This document shows positions 9,458-19,011 of a DNA stretch of 64,000 nt, one piece after another; the first letter of the stretch is position 1; each line of letters starts with the position of its first letter. A model generated the notes under the pieces. That model worked only from the letters and a program-made list of their open reading frames with translations, had not been told where the DNA came from and did not search any database. The DNA comes from an uncultured Acidobacteriota bacterium (GTDB taxonomy: Bacteria; Actinomycetota; Acidimicrobiia; Spongiisociales; ZC4RG35): the NCBI GenBank assembly GCA_963848695.1, contig CAWKEI010000016.1:5331-69330 (forward strand), written 5' to 3'. Made by a program: the position numbers and the translations under genes.

Positions 9458-10486
9458 GTGGCCTCTCGCAAATGTGATCACTGCGGCGCGAGTGTCGCGG
9501 CCGACGAACAGTTCTGCCCGAACTGCGGCTCGTTCCTCGATCCGTTGGAGCCAAAACCTGCCCGGGGCAGGGAAAATGTGATCTCGGTCAGCTCTGACGG
9601 CAACTACGAAGAGTTCGAATTGGGGGCGCCACCCCCTTCGGCCGAGCGATCGAGCTCGGGCGAGGGCGGAGCCGAGGTCAACTGTCCCTCTTGCGGCGCG
9701 GGCAACCCTCCCAACAACCGTCATTGTCAGGAGTGCGGGGCGCGCTTGAGCCAGGGACCGTTGCCCACCGCTCCCCGTCCTGCCGTGCAGGCGACCGCAG
9801 GCGTGCGCGCCGCCCTCGCCATCAGCGCCTTGCTCTTCGGCGTGGTGATCATCGCCCTCCTGTTCAACATCTTCAACGGCGATCCCGAGGCGAGCTCGAC
9901 CAGCACCACCGCAGCCACCGCCACCAGCACGACGATCGCAGAATTGGCCCCCGTCGACGTCCTGGACGTCGAATGCAGCCAGGAAGGGGTCGGCTCCTTC
10001 GTCTGCGACAACCTGATCGACGGCACCGAGGCCGAATACCAGTTCGACTACGAAGCGGTGCCCGAAGGGCAGCCGATCACCATCCGGCTCATCTTCGACC
10101 GGCCGACCGTCGTCCAGCGCATCGACTGGATCAATCTGGAGGATGCCACGAGGTTCAAGCGGAACTACCGGGCCCGGGGCATCCAGGTGGAGGCCGACAA
10201 TTCGCTGCAGCCGGTGCTGGTCCAGCTCGAGGACTTGGCCGGGAGTCAGCCGATCGCCTTCGCTGCCCTGGATGCCACCTCCATCGTCATCACCATCGAG
10301 AGCGACTACCCGGCCGAGGTGGTGGAGGAGGAGCGATTCACCGAGATGGCGATCCAGGAGATCAGGGTCATTGGGCGCCCCGGCACCATCAGCAATGGGA
10401 CCGCAGGTACGACGCCGACCACGGTGCCCGGCGCGACCACGGTGCCCGGCGCGACCACGGTGCCCCCGACCACCGTCGCCTCCTAG
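9458..10486 (+). CDS. Double zinc-ribbon membrane protein with an extracellular discoidin/carbohydrate-binding-like domain
   Basis: Two CxxC..CxxC ribbons, one TM helix, Thr-rich linker, beta-sandwich (NLIDG..AIQEIRVIG); RBS GAAGGAGG. Confidence 0.75.
   Translation: MASRKCDHCGASVAADEQFCPNCGSFLDPLEPKPARGRENVISVSSDGNYEEFELGAPPPSAERSSSGEGGAEVNCPSCGAGNPPNNRHCQECGARLSQGPLPTAPRPAVQATAGVRAALAISALLFGVVIIALLFNIFNGDPEASSTSTTAATATSTTIAELAPVDVLDVECSQEGVGSFVCDNLIDGTEAEYQFDYEAVPEGQPITIRLIFDRPTVVQRIDWINLEDATRFKRNYRARGIQVEADNSLQPVLVQLEDLAGSQPIAFAALDATSIVITIESDYPAEVVEEERFTEMAIQEIRVIGRPGTISNGTAGTTPTTVPGATTVPGATTVPPTTVAS
10416..10474 (+). repeat. 18-bp coding tandem repeat (TTVPGA, about 3 copies)
   Basis: CGACCACGGTGCCCGGCG occurs twice in full plus one partial copy. 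Confidence 0.85.
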
Positions 10487-10504
10487 CCCTTCTTCACGAG
10501 CATC

Positions 10505-11731
10505 TCAGGCAGCTTCGATCTCGACCGTCAGGTTCTCCAGCCCGCGGAAGACCAATGAGCGGATCCGCCCCGAGGCTTCGCTGAGCTCGATCGCGGCGAC
10601 TCGTGAAGCGAAAATGCCAATCGCAGCCTCCAATTCCACCCTCGCCAGGGGTGCCCCGACGCAGTAGTGGAGGCCCGCACCAAAAGAGACGTGTGGGTTT
10701 GGACTTCGGGCCAGATCCAGCCGCTCCGGCTCATTCTCGAAGACATCCGGATCGTGGTTGGCCGAACCGAAGAGGAGGCCGACCTTTGATCCCTTTGCCA
10801 GCGAAACACCGGAGACGTCGGTGTCGACGAGGACCCATCGCTCGAACATCTGAAGTGGCGAGTCGAACCGAAGCAACTCGTCGACTGCGGTCTCGATCGT
10901 CATCTCTCCTCGGTGGAGTCGCCGATACTGGTCAGGGTCACGGGCCAACGCCAGCAGGCCGTTGCCGATCGCGTGCACCGTCGCCTCATGACCGGCGTTG
11001 AGGGTGAGGATCGACGTTCCGACGATCTCCTCGTCAGTCAAGGTGTCTCCGGAATCCTCCACATCGACCATCGAAGAGATCAGGTCGTCTCCACGGTGAC
11101 GTCTCCGCTCCTCAACCGCTGCCGCTAGGTAGGCGACGAAATCGGTGGTGGCCGATTCGGCGGCATCCCCGTCCTCGGCGCTCACGTTCTGGTCGAACAC
11201 TTTGACGATGGCGTGACTCCAGTCCAAGACCTGTTGATGATCCTCCGCAGGCAGGCCCATGAGCTGTGCGATCATCGCTACCGGGATCGGGGTGGCGAAG
11301 TCCCGGATCACATCGAGGGTGCCCGTATCGAGGACCCGGTCGATCACCAGGGTGGCGGCGTCCTCCAAGCGAGGGCGGAAGGCCTCCGACGACCTCCTGG
11401 TGAATGCCTTCGACACCAGACGGCGAAGTCGGGTGTGCCGGGGTGGTTCGAGGTCGATGAACGACTCCCGGATGTACCGGGTCCAGGTCGGCCACTGCGG
11501 CGGGTAGATCCGCTCATATAGACCCGGGTCCACGTCGGTGATATCGAGCCGGTGACGGAAGTCGCGGCCGAAACGGTCCCGATCCTTCAGGATCGTCGAC
11601 ACGTCATCGTGTCGGGCAAAGAAGGTCAGCTCCCAGGCCTTGTCGTAGAACACCGGAGACTCCTCACGCAACCGGGCGTAGGTCGGATATGGGTTATCGA
11701 GGAAGCCCGGGTCATACGGATCAAAGCTCAC
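10505..11731 (-). CDS. Cytochrome P450
   Basis: AGHEAT I-helix, ELLR (ExxR), FGAGLHYCVG heme motif; GTG start inferred. Confidence 0.95.
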   Translation of the reverse strand: MSFDPYDPGFLDNPYPTYARLREESPVFYDKAWELTFFARHDDVSTILKDRDRFGRDFRHRLDITDVDPGLYERIYPPQWPTWTRYIRESFIDLEPPRHTRLRRLVSKAFTRRSSEAFRPRLEDAATLVIDRVLDTGTLDVIRDFATPIPVAMIAQLMGLPAEDHQQVLDWSHAIVKVFDQNVSAEDGDAAESATTDFVAYLAAAVEERRRHRGDDLISSMVDVEDSGDTLTDEEIVGTSILTLNAGHEATVHAIGNGLLALARDPDQYRRLHRGEMTIETAVDELLRFDSPLQMFERWVLVDTDVSGVSLAKGSKVGLLFGSANHDPDVFENEPERLDLARSPNPHVSFGAGLHYCVGAPLARVELEAAIGIFASRVAAIELSEASGRIRSLVFRGLENLTVEIEAA

Positions 11732-11739
11732 GCCCGCCT

Positions 11740-11772
11740 GAACGTAGAACCTAGAACGTAGAACGTAAAACG
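11740..11772. repeat. Heptanucleotide tandem repeat (RAACGTA)n
   Basis: GAACGTA GAACCTA GAACGTA GAACGTA AAACG, flanked by CGCCCG/CGGGCG. Confidence 0.8.
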
Positions 11773-11783
11773 GGCGATGCCCC

Positions 11784-13046
11784 CTAGCGGGCCTCGCCCT
11801 TGGCGTATCGGGCGCCATCCGCTGCCGGCATTCGGAGATGTTGGGAGGCCGCTGCCAATACCAGCAGCGTGATCACGTAGGGAAGGGCGGCGAGGAGCTG
11901 GTTGGAGACTTCCACCACCTGCAGGTAGTAGACGAGGAAGGCGGCCCCGATGACGATCTGAATCGAGGCGGCCCGCATCCTCGATCGGGCGGCCGAGTAG
12001 ATGCCGTAGGCGATGAGGCCGATGGCAACGGCGAGGATGAATGATTTGACCACCTCCGGCCCGCGGAACCGCAGCGAGTCGCCGAACCCAAAGACCAGTG
12101 ACCCACCCAGGACCCCGACCGGCAACCAATTCCCGAAGATCAGTGCGCCAAGCCCGATGAAGCCCCGGCCCCCCGTCATCCCTTCCCGATAGATCCCGGC
12201 CTGGACGAGCACGAGGAAGGCACCGGCGAGCCCGGACAGGATGCCGGAGATGACGACCCCGTAGTACTTCATGCGCAGGACCCGGACGCCAAGGGACTCC
12301 GCAGCCCACGGGTCCTCACCACATGATCGGAGTCGGAGACCCCAGGGAGTCCGCCACAAGAGCCAGGCGGTGATGGGCACCAGCGCCAGCCCGATCAACG
12401 TGAGCCAGTTGATACCGCCGGTGAAGCCCCGGATTATCCCGGCCACGTCCGAGAGGAAGAACAGTTCGAGGTTTTCCAGCCAGCCGAAGAAATCGGGGGT
12501 TTGCCAACCGAAGAGAGCGCCGCCGGCCAGAAACGGCATATCTATGTTGGCGAGGCCATCGATCGGTGGCGATTGGATGACAGAGCCACCGGTCTCCTGG
12601 GTGTAGACGATTGACGAGAGGAATCGCATCGCCCCTAACCCGAGGATGTTGATGGCGACGCCCGAGACGATGTGGTCGACGTTGAAGGTGACCGTGGCCA
12701 TGGCGTGGAGCAAGCCGAACACGGCGCCGCCGGCCATCCCGAGGAACACGCCCTCCCAAGGCCCGTACATCCATGCCCCCCAGGCAGCGAACCAGGTCCC
12801 GGCGATCATCATGCCCTCGAGGCCGATGTTGACCACTCCGGAGCGCTCCGAATAGAGACCGCCCAGGCCGGCGAGCAGAATCGGGATGGCCAAGCGAAGG
12901 GCGGCGCTGGCGGTGCTTCGGGAGGTCAGATCGGAGGTCCCCGTGACCACTTCGGCGATGGTCATCACCAGGATCGCGGCGAGGACGATGACAACGATCC
13001 TGGTGCGACGGCCGGCCTTCCGGTAGCTGTCGACCAGGGCAGTCAT
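11784..13046 (-). CDS. Nucleoside/sugar ABC transporter permease
   Basis: SERSGVVNIGLEG, GLRLRSCGEDP..AESLGV, GRGFIGLGALIFG. Confidence 0.93.
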   Translation of the reverse strand: MTALVDSYRKAGRRTRIVVIVLAAILVMTIAEVVTGTSDLTSRSTASAALRLAIPILLAGLGGLYSERSGVVNIGLEGMMIAGTWFAAWGAWMYGPWEGVFLGMAGGAVFGLLHAMATVTFNVDHIVSGVAINILGLGAMRFLSSIVYTQETGGSVIQSPPIDGLANIDMPFLAGGALFGWQTPDFFGWLENLELFFLSDVAGIIRGFTGGINWLTLIGLALVPITAWLLWRTPWGLRLRSCGEDPWAAESLGVRVLRMKYYGVVISGILSGLAGAFLVLVQAGIYREGMTGGRGFIGLGALIFGNWLPVGVLGGSLVFGFGDSLRFRGPEVVKSFILAVAIGLIAYGIYSAARSRMRAASIQIVIGAAFLVYYLQVVEVSNQLLAALPYVITLLVLAAASQHLRMPAADGARYAKGEAR

Positions 13047-14161
13047 GGCGTGACCCCCGCGGTGATCGGGTCGAAGTCGGTCGCAGCCGCCGCCGTCGCG
13101 ATGACCCGACGTTGGACGTATTTCGAGATCACCTCGTAGACGATGACGACGGCAAGGACCACGATGCCCTGGATGATGGTGACGATCTCCTTGGGCACAT
13201 CCCGGAGGTCGAGGATCAACGCCGACCTCTGCATGAAGCCGAAGAGGAGGGCGCCGAACGCCATCCCGATCGGGTTGTTTCGTCCAAGGAGAGCCACAGC
13301 GATACCGGTGAAGCCGAGATTGCGGGGGAAGTCCTGCGGGTACTGGTGATAGAAGCCGAGGAGCGGGGCGATCCCGACGAGACCGGCCAGACCCCCCGAG
13401 ATGAGCATCGTCTTGATGATCATCCGCTTGGGGTCGACCCCGCTCGCGTTGGCGGCGGCCGGGTTGACGCCACTGGATCTCAGGTCATAGCCAAACCGGC
13501 TCTTGGTGACCAAATAGTGGTATCCGACGCCGAGCGCAATCGCAATGAGCAGGAAACCGTGGAGATTGGCACCGGCACGAACCTCCACTCCGAACCAGCC
13601 GAGGATCGGGTTGAGTGAGGGGATCCAGCCCGTTTCTGGGATCAGATCCGTGGCGATGGTGAGCCCGGATGTCTCGGCCTTGAAGACGTTGAGGAACAGG
13701 TAGGCGCTCAGGGCGAAGGCGATGTAGTTGAGCATGATGGTGGAGATGACCTCGTGAACGCCACGCTTCACCTTGAGGATCGCCGGGATCCAGGCCCAGG
13801 CGGCACCCACCCCCACAGCGACGGCCAGGATCAAGGTGACGTGGAGGATCGGAGTCACCGAGAACTGGGCGCCGACATAGGCAGCGAACAATGCTGCCAG
13901 TAGGTAGGTCCCCTCGACGCCGATGTTGAACAGACCCATCTTGAATCCGACCGCGACCGCCAGCGCGGAGACGAACAGGGGCACGGCGTTGTTGACCGTG
14001 ATGATCAGCGATTCCGGGGTGGTCCCGAACACCCACATCTCCTTGTAGGCCTCCAGCGGGTTGATGTCGACCATGAGCAGTGCGAGTGCGGCGATCCCGA
14101 AGGCAATCACCAACGCGATGAGGGGCGCCACCACCGAGGTGAGCAATCGGCCGCTCTTCAC
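13043..14161 (-). CDS. Nucleoside/sugar ABC transporter permease
   Basis: GLFNIGVEG, HEVISTIMLNYIA, GFTGIAVALLGRNNP; GTG start overlaps the ATPase stop. Confidence 0.93.
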   Translation of the reverse strand: MKSGRLLTSVVAPLIALVIAFGIAALALLMVDINPLEAYKEMWVFGTTPESLIITVNNAVPLFVSALAVAVGFKMGLFNIGVEGTYLLAALFAAYVGAQFSVTPILHVTLILAVAVGVGAAWAWIPAILKVKRGVHEVISTIMLNYIAFALSAYLFLNVFKAETSGLTIATDLIPETGWIPSLNPILGWFGVEVRAGANLHGFLLIAIALGVGYHYLVTKSRFGYDLRSSGVNPAAANASGVDPKRMIIKTMLISGGLAGLVGIAPLLGFYHQYPQDFPRNLGFTGIAVALLGRNNPIGMAFGALLFGFMQRSALILDLRDVPKEIVTIIQGIVVLAVVIVYEVISKYVQRRVIATAAAATDFDPITAGVTP

Positions 14162-15696
14162 GAGGCCTTCTTCTCCCCAGCACCGGTCATGTAGGAGCCC
14201 AGGATCTCGGGCGTTATCTCGGCCGGGTTGAGCCTGGCCACGAATCTGCCCTCGAACAGGACATGGATCGCATCGGAGAGACCTATCAACTCGTCGAGGT
14301 CGGCCGAGATGAGGAGGATCCCCATGCCGGCGGCCCGGGCGGCCTTCAATTCCTCCCAAACAGCCGCCTGAGCGCCGATGTCGATGCCCCGGGTCGGTTG
14401 GGCGGCAATCAGAACCGCGGGATTGGCCATGATCTCCCGGCCCACCACCAGCTTTTGCTGATTCCCACCGGAGAGAGCCGCCGCGGGGACGTCGACGCTC
14501 GGAGTGGCCACGTCGAAGCGGCGGACGATCTCCTCGGTCTGCTCCCTGGCGCCCTTCTTGTCGATCCAGATCCCATTGGCGTAGGGCTCCTTGCTCTGAT
14601 GACCCAACGCCGCGTTCTCCCAGAGCGGGGAGGGCAATAGCAGGCCCTGACGATGCCGATCCTCGGGGATCAGGCCGATCCCGGCGCTCCTGCGCTCTCT
14701 GGTGTTCAGCTCTGCGACCGAGTCACCGGCGAGGTTGATCTCTCCAGTCGCGTCCGGTGTGAGACCGATCAGCGCGTCGACCAGCTGTGACTGGCCGTTT
14801 CCTTCCACCCCGGCAACGCCGACGATCTCGCCGGCATGCACGTCGAACGTGATGTGATCGAGCACGGGACGACCGGTCTCGGAGAGGAGGCAGAGGTCGT
14901 TGACGCTCAGCATGACCTTCTCCTGGACCGTCGATTCCCGGGTCTCCGGGGAAGGCAGCTCGGATCCGATCATCATCTCGGCCAGCTCACGGGCGTCCAC
15001 TTCGGCCGGCGTCGTGTTGCCAACGGTCTGACCATCCCGCATGACGGTGATTCGGTCGGCGACCGACAGCACCTCATCGAGTTTGTGAGAGATGAAGATG
15101 ATCGTGTGGCCCTCACCCTTGAGCTCGCGCATCGACTCGAAGAGCTCGTTCACCTCTTGGGGGACAAGCACGGCCGTGGGCTCGTCCAGAATCAGGATCT
15201 TCGCCCCGCGGAAGAGGACCTTGATGATCTCGACCCGCTGCCGCTCACCGACCGACAGTCTCTCCACCTTCCTGTCGGGATCGAGTTTGAGCCCGTAATC
15301 GGCTCCGAGCTGGCGGATCCTCTCCGCGGCACCGTCGAAGTCGATCATGATCCCGGACCGGGGCTCAGAGCCGAGGATGACGTTCTCCAGGACGGTGAGA
15401 TTGTCCGCCAGCATGAAATGCTGGTGGACCATCCCGATCCCGGCATCGATGGCGTCCTTGGGAGTCTTGAAGTTGGCCGGCTGACCGTTGATGGTGACGG
15501 TGCCCTCGTCGGGACGGACCATCCCGTAGATGATCTTCATCAGGGTCGACTTGCCGGCCCCGTTCTCGCCGACGACAGCATGGACGTCACCGAAAGCGAC
15601 GGTCAGCTCGACGTCCTTGTTGGCCACTACTCCCGGATACCGCTTGGTGACGCCCTCGAGCTGTATTGCGGGTGCCTCAGCCATCTCCCCATCCAA
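14158..15696 (-). CDS. Nucleoside/sugar ABC transporter ATP-binding protein (two NBDs)
   Basis: GENGAGKST, GMVHQHF, LSVGERQRVEI, LSGGNQQK. Confidence 0.95.
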   Translation of the reverse strand: MDGEMAEAPAIQLEGVTKRYPGVVANKDVELTVAFGDVHAVVGENGAGKSTLMKIIYGMVRPDEGTVTINGQPANFKTPKDAIDAGIGMVHQHFMLADNLTVLENVILGSEPRSGIMIDFDGAAERIRQLGADYGLKLDPDRKVERLSVGERQRVEIIKVLFRGAKILILDEPTAVLVPQEVNELFESMRELKGEGHTIIFISHKLDEVLSVADRITVMRDGQTVGNTTPAEVDARELAEMMIGSELPSPETRESTVQEKVMLSVNDLCLLSETGRPVLDHITFDVHAGEIVGVAGVEGNGQSQLVDALIGLTPDATGEINLAGDSVAELNTRERRSAGIGLIPEDRHRQGLLLPSPLWENAALGHQSKEPYANGIWIDKKGAREQTEEIVRRFDVATPSVDVPAAALSGGNQQKLVVGREIMANPAVLIAAQPTRGIDIGAQAAVWEELKAARAAGMGILLISADLDELIGLSDAIHVLFEGRFVARLNPAEITPEILGSYMTGAGEKKAS

Positions 15697-15717
15697 TTAG
15701 ACGCCGCCCAAATAGAA

Positions 15718-15745
15718 CGCCGGGCCCAGCAACCTGGGCCCGGCG
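15718..15745 (-). terminator. Intra-operon hairpin after the BMP gene (terminator or mRNA stabiliser)
   Basis: 12-bp stem CGCCGGGCCCAG/CTGGGCCCGGCG with a 4-nt loop, followed by TTCTATTT on the minus strand. Confidence 0.65.
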
Positions 15746-15768
15746 CAAGTTAGCAGGACTGCCTTCGG

Positions 15769-16947
15769 TCAGGCCCCTGGCTCTGTGGGGACGGTGATGT
15801 CCCCGGCGATGATCTGCTCGGCGTAACCGTCGAGGTCAGCGGCGATGTCATCAACGAAGCCGCCCGAGGTCGCGTAGCCGATGCCGCCCTCGGCAAGACC
15901 GAGACGGACCGAGCCCGGGGTGAACTCGTCGTTGAGGAAATCGACGATGGCCTTGTCCACGGCCACGTCGACCCGCTTCAACATCGAGGTCAGGATGTGC
16001 TCCTGCAGAGCCGGGTCGGTGACTGCCTGGTACTGGTCCGAGTCGACACCGATCGCCCATAGGAAGCTGTCGTCGGTCGACAGCTCAGCGGCCGCCTCGA
16101 ACAGACCGAGACCGGAGCCACCGGCGGCATGGAAGATCACGTCCGCCCCCTGGCCATAGAGCGCCAGAGCGGCTTCCTTGCCCTTCACGGGGTCATTGAA
16201 CCCGGTGAAGTCGGGCACCTGGGTCAGGTACACGGCAGGCAGGATGGTGATGTCGGGGTTCGCCGCCACTGCTCCAGCTTCGAAACCAGCCTGGAACTTG
16301 AGGATGAGCGGAACCTCGACGCCCCCGATGAAGCCGACGGTGCCGGTGGTGCTCTTCATAGCCGCAGCGACGCCCATCAGGAACGCTCCCTGCTCCTCAG
16401 AGAACTGCATGCAACGGACATTTGGCATCTCCACCACTGTGAAGGTGTCGTCCTGCGGGCAATCGTCGGTGATGGCGAACAAGGTGTCCGGGAACTCGGT
16501 GCCGACCCGCCACACGTTCTGGGCGAAGGCGAAGCCGTTGGCGATGATCAATTCCATGCCGGACTCCGCCAGGAGACGGAGGTTCTCTTCCCGGTTCTCG
16601 CCACCTGCGTCAGGGGCCAGCTCCTCACCGGTGACCCCGTAATTCGCGATGGCGTCGTCCCAGGCGAGGGCGGCAAGGTCGTTGAACGACAGGTCGCCGC
16701 GCCCACCGACATCGAAGGCCATGCCCACGGTACGGCCGGTGCCGTCCGGGGCAGCCGCCGCTGATGTGGTCGTGTCGCCGGCAGCAGTTGTAGTGGCCGC
16801 CTCACCTGCCGTAGTGCTCGTGTCACCGGCGGTCGTCGAAGCCTCGCCCGCCGTAGTGGTGGTGTCACCGCCCTCGCCGTCCCCACAGGCCACGAGGACC
16901 AGGGTGAGGACAGAGAACAGGGCGAGATACCGCAAATAGCGTTTCAC
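15769..16947 (-). CDS. BMP/PnrA family nucleoside-binding ABC lipoprotein
   Basis: Lipobox LVAC, GGRGDLSFND, GADVIFHAAGGSGLG, IGVDSDQ, TSMLKRVD. Confidence 0.93.
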   Translation of the reverse strand: MKRYLRYLALFSVLTLVLVACGDGEGGDTTTTAGEASTTAGDTSTTAGEAATTTAAGDTTTSAAAAPDGTGRTVGMAFDVGGRGDLSFNDLAALAWDDAIANYGVTGEELAPDAGGENREENLRLLAESGMELIIANGFAFAQNVWRVGTEFPDTLFAITDDCPQDDTFTVVEMPNVRCMQFSEEQGAFLMGVAAAMKSTTGTVGFIGGVEVPLILKFQAGFEAGAVAANPDITILPAVYLTQVPDFTGFNDPVKGKEAALALYGQGADVIFHAAGGSGLGLFEAAAELSTDDSFLWAIGVDSDQYQAVTDPALQEHILTSMLKRVDVAVDKAIVDFLNDEFTPGSVRLGLAEGGIGYATSGGFVDDIAADLDGYAEQIIAGDITVPTEPGA

Positions 16948-17004
16948 GCTGATATTCCTCCGTGTATATGAAATGACAGGGAACCCCCTGCCCAACCAGG
17001 GACA

Positions 17005-17646
17005 TTAACGGCCATTTTGGGTCAAGGTCGCCGCCAGGGGCTCGGGGCGGACCCAGTAGATCGACGGGATCGAGATCACCGTGACCAGCGCCTTGAGCAC
17101 CACATTCACCCAGAAGATCGACCACGCCACCTCGGGGGGAAAGACCCCGAAAACGGTGACCAGGCCGACGAAGATCGCCGAATCGATCGGAATCGCGATC
17201 GCGTTGCTGAAGAGGACACGGCCCCATTGTTGGCGCTCACCGTGTCGCCGGACCCACCACTGATAAGCCTCGGTGTCGATCAACTCCGAGACGACCTCGG
17301 CAATGATGGAGGCGGCCACGATCCCCCAGACGGGGGCGAGCACGGTCCCGAACTCGAGCTGAGGGCCAGTGACCGCATCCGCCGGGAGCCTTGCAACCAG
17401 CCAGAAGAACGCCGCCATGAACACGTTGATCCCGGCGGCGAGGAAGATCAGCGTGCGGGCCGCCGGCTTCCCGGCGATCTTGTGCACCAGGTCGCGCAGG
17501 GTGAACGTGAAGGGGTAGATCAGGGTGCCGGCGTCGACGGCGAACCCACCGACCTCGATGATCCGGAGACTGGCGACGTCCGCCAACATCTGCGCCGCGA
17601 CATAGGCGCCGCCAACGATCAACAGTGATCGAACACCTCGGTTCAT
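17005..17646 (-). CDS. Queuosine precursor transporter (YhhQ/VUT family)
   Basis: GTLIYPFTFTLRDLVH, SIIAEVVSELIDT, RVLFSN....IDSAIF. Confidence 0.85.
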   Translation of the reverse strand: MNRGVRSLLIVGGAYVAAQMLADVASLRIIEVGGFAVDAGTLIYPFTFTLRDLVHKIAGKPAARTLIFLAAGINVFMAAFFWLVARLPADAVTGPQLEFGTVLAPVWGIVAASIIAEVVSELIDTEAYQWWVRRHGERQQWGRVLFSNAIAIPIDSAIFVGLVTVFGVFPPEVAWSIFWVNVVLKALVTVISIPSIYWVRPEPLAATLTQNGR

Positions 17647-17684
17647 GGGACCTCTTCCATCCCGAGCGTGAAGTTAGAGCGAGA

Positions 17685-18998
17685 ATGCCCGCCATGGGTT
17701 TCGCGGCTTCGATCCGACGCACCGCCGACAGCACGCCATCGGATCGCAATCGAGTCGTCGACCTGCTCCGAGCCCTCTCGATCCTCGTGGTCGTGTTCGG
17801 TCATTGGCTGATGGCAGCGGTGACCATCGAGAACGACGAGCTCGTAGCGGGACATCTCCTGATCCTGGCCGACTGGACTCATCCCCTCACCTGGCTCTTC
17901 CAGGTGATGCCAGTCTTCTTTCTGGTCGGCGGTTACGCCAATGGGCTCTCTTGGAGGTCGGCCCGGCGCCGCGAGGAGACCTACGGGGGATGGCTGCGGG
18001 CGCGCCTCCGCCGGCTGACCTTGCCAGTGGTGCCACTGCTTCTCTTTTGGACGGTTGGTGGATGGCTCGCCCTGAGGTTGGGCTTCGATTGGGAGGTGCT
18101 CCAGCTTGCCTCCCAGGTGGCACTGGTTCCAACCTGGTTCCTGGCGGCCTACGTTGTGATCGTCACCATCGCCCCTCTGGGTTTATGGATTTGGGAGCGC
18201 TGGGGGTGGTGGTCGATCATCGCCGGGCTCGTCCTATCCGGTCTCTGCGATTGGCTGTCGATCTCCGTCGGGATCGTGGCGGTCGGGTTCCTCAACTACA
18301 TCTTCGTCTGGGGGACGGTCCATCAGATCGGATTTGCCTGGCTCGACGGGACCCTGGTTGAGACCTGGAAACGCGCTCTCATGGCCGTTGCCGGCCTGGC
18401 TGGAACATTGCTTCTCGTTGGCCTCGGACCGTATCCGGTGGCCATGGTGGGCCTCGACACGACGGAGATCACAAACTCCTATCCGCCACGCGTGACCCTG
18501 GCCTTTCTCGGCATGTTCCAGTCGGGTCTGGCGCTGGTCTTCGAGAAACCACTCAAACGACTGACCCAGCGAAGCGGGGTTTGGATCTTTGTCGTGGGGG
18601 TCAGCGCCCGGATCATGACCCTCTATCTGTGGCACCTCACGGCCATGGTGATCGTCATCGGTCTGTCGATCGCCGTCGGCGGATGGGGCCTCGGCATCGA
18701 GCCGTTGAGTGCCCCGTGGTGGCTGACCCGCCCGATTTGGTTCTTGGTCCTCGGCCTCGTGACGATCGGCATGATCGCGCTGTTCGGGCGCTTCGAAAGC
18801 CCGGTCGAGGACCTCCGGCCCGCGCCGGTTTGGTGGCGGCCGCTGTTCGCGGTCTTCGGGATCTGCGCCGGGCTGGGCCTGCTCGCCGCTATTGGGATCG
18901 CCGACGCCGATGGCCTCAACGGTCTGGTTCTCAGCCTCCCCATCATCGGTGTGATCCTGGGAGGGGTCGCCCGACTCCCCAACGCCGGCCGGCCTTGA
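17685..18998 (+). CDS. Acyltransferase-3 family membrane protein
   Basis: RNRVVDLLRALSILVVVFGHW, QVMPVFFLVGG, WFLAAY, MTLYLWH. Confidence 0.88.
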   Translation: MPAMGFAASIRRTADSTPSDRNRVVDLLRALSILVVVFGHWLMAAVTIENDELVAGHLLILADWTHPLTWLFQVMPVFFLVGGYANGLSWRSARRREETYGGWLRARLRRLTLPVVPLLLFWTVGGWLALRLGFDWEVLQLASQVALVPTWFLAAYVVIVTIAPLGLWIWERWGWWSIIAGLVLSGLCDWLSISVGIVAVGFLNYIFVWGTVHQIGFAWLDGTLVETWKRALMAVAGLAGTLLLVGLGPYPVAMVGLDTTEITNSYPPRVTLAFLGMFQSGLALVFEKPLKRLTQRSGVWIFVVGVSARIMTLYLWHLTAMVIVIGLSIAVGGWGLGIEPLSAPWWLTRPIWFLVLGLVTIGMIALFGRFESPVEDLRPAPVWWRPLFAVFGICAGLGLLAAIGIADADGLNGLVLSLPIIGVILGGVARLPNAGRP

Positions 18999-19011
18999 GG
19001 CCCAAGCCCCC

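Noticed and set aside
17647-17690. preQ1 riboswitch upstream of the yhhQ-like gene
   Set aside because: The gap is about 40 nt, shared with a divergent gene, and has no preQ1 stem-loop or A-rich tail
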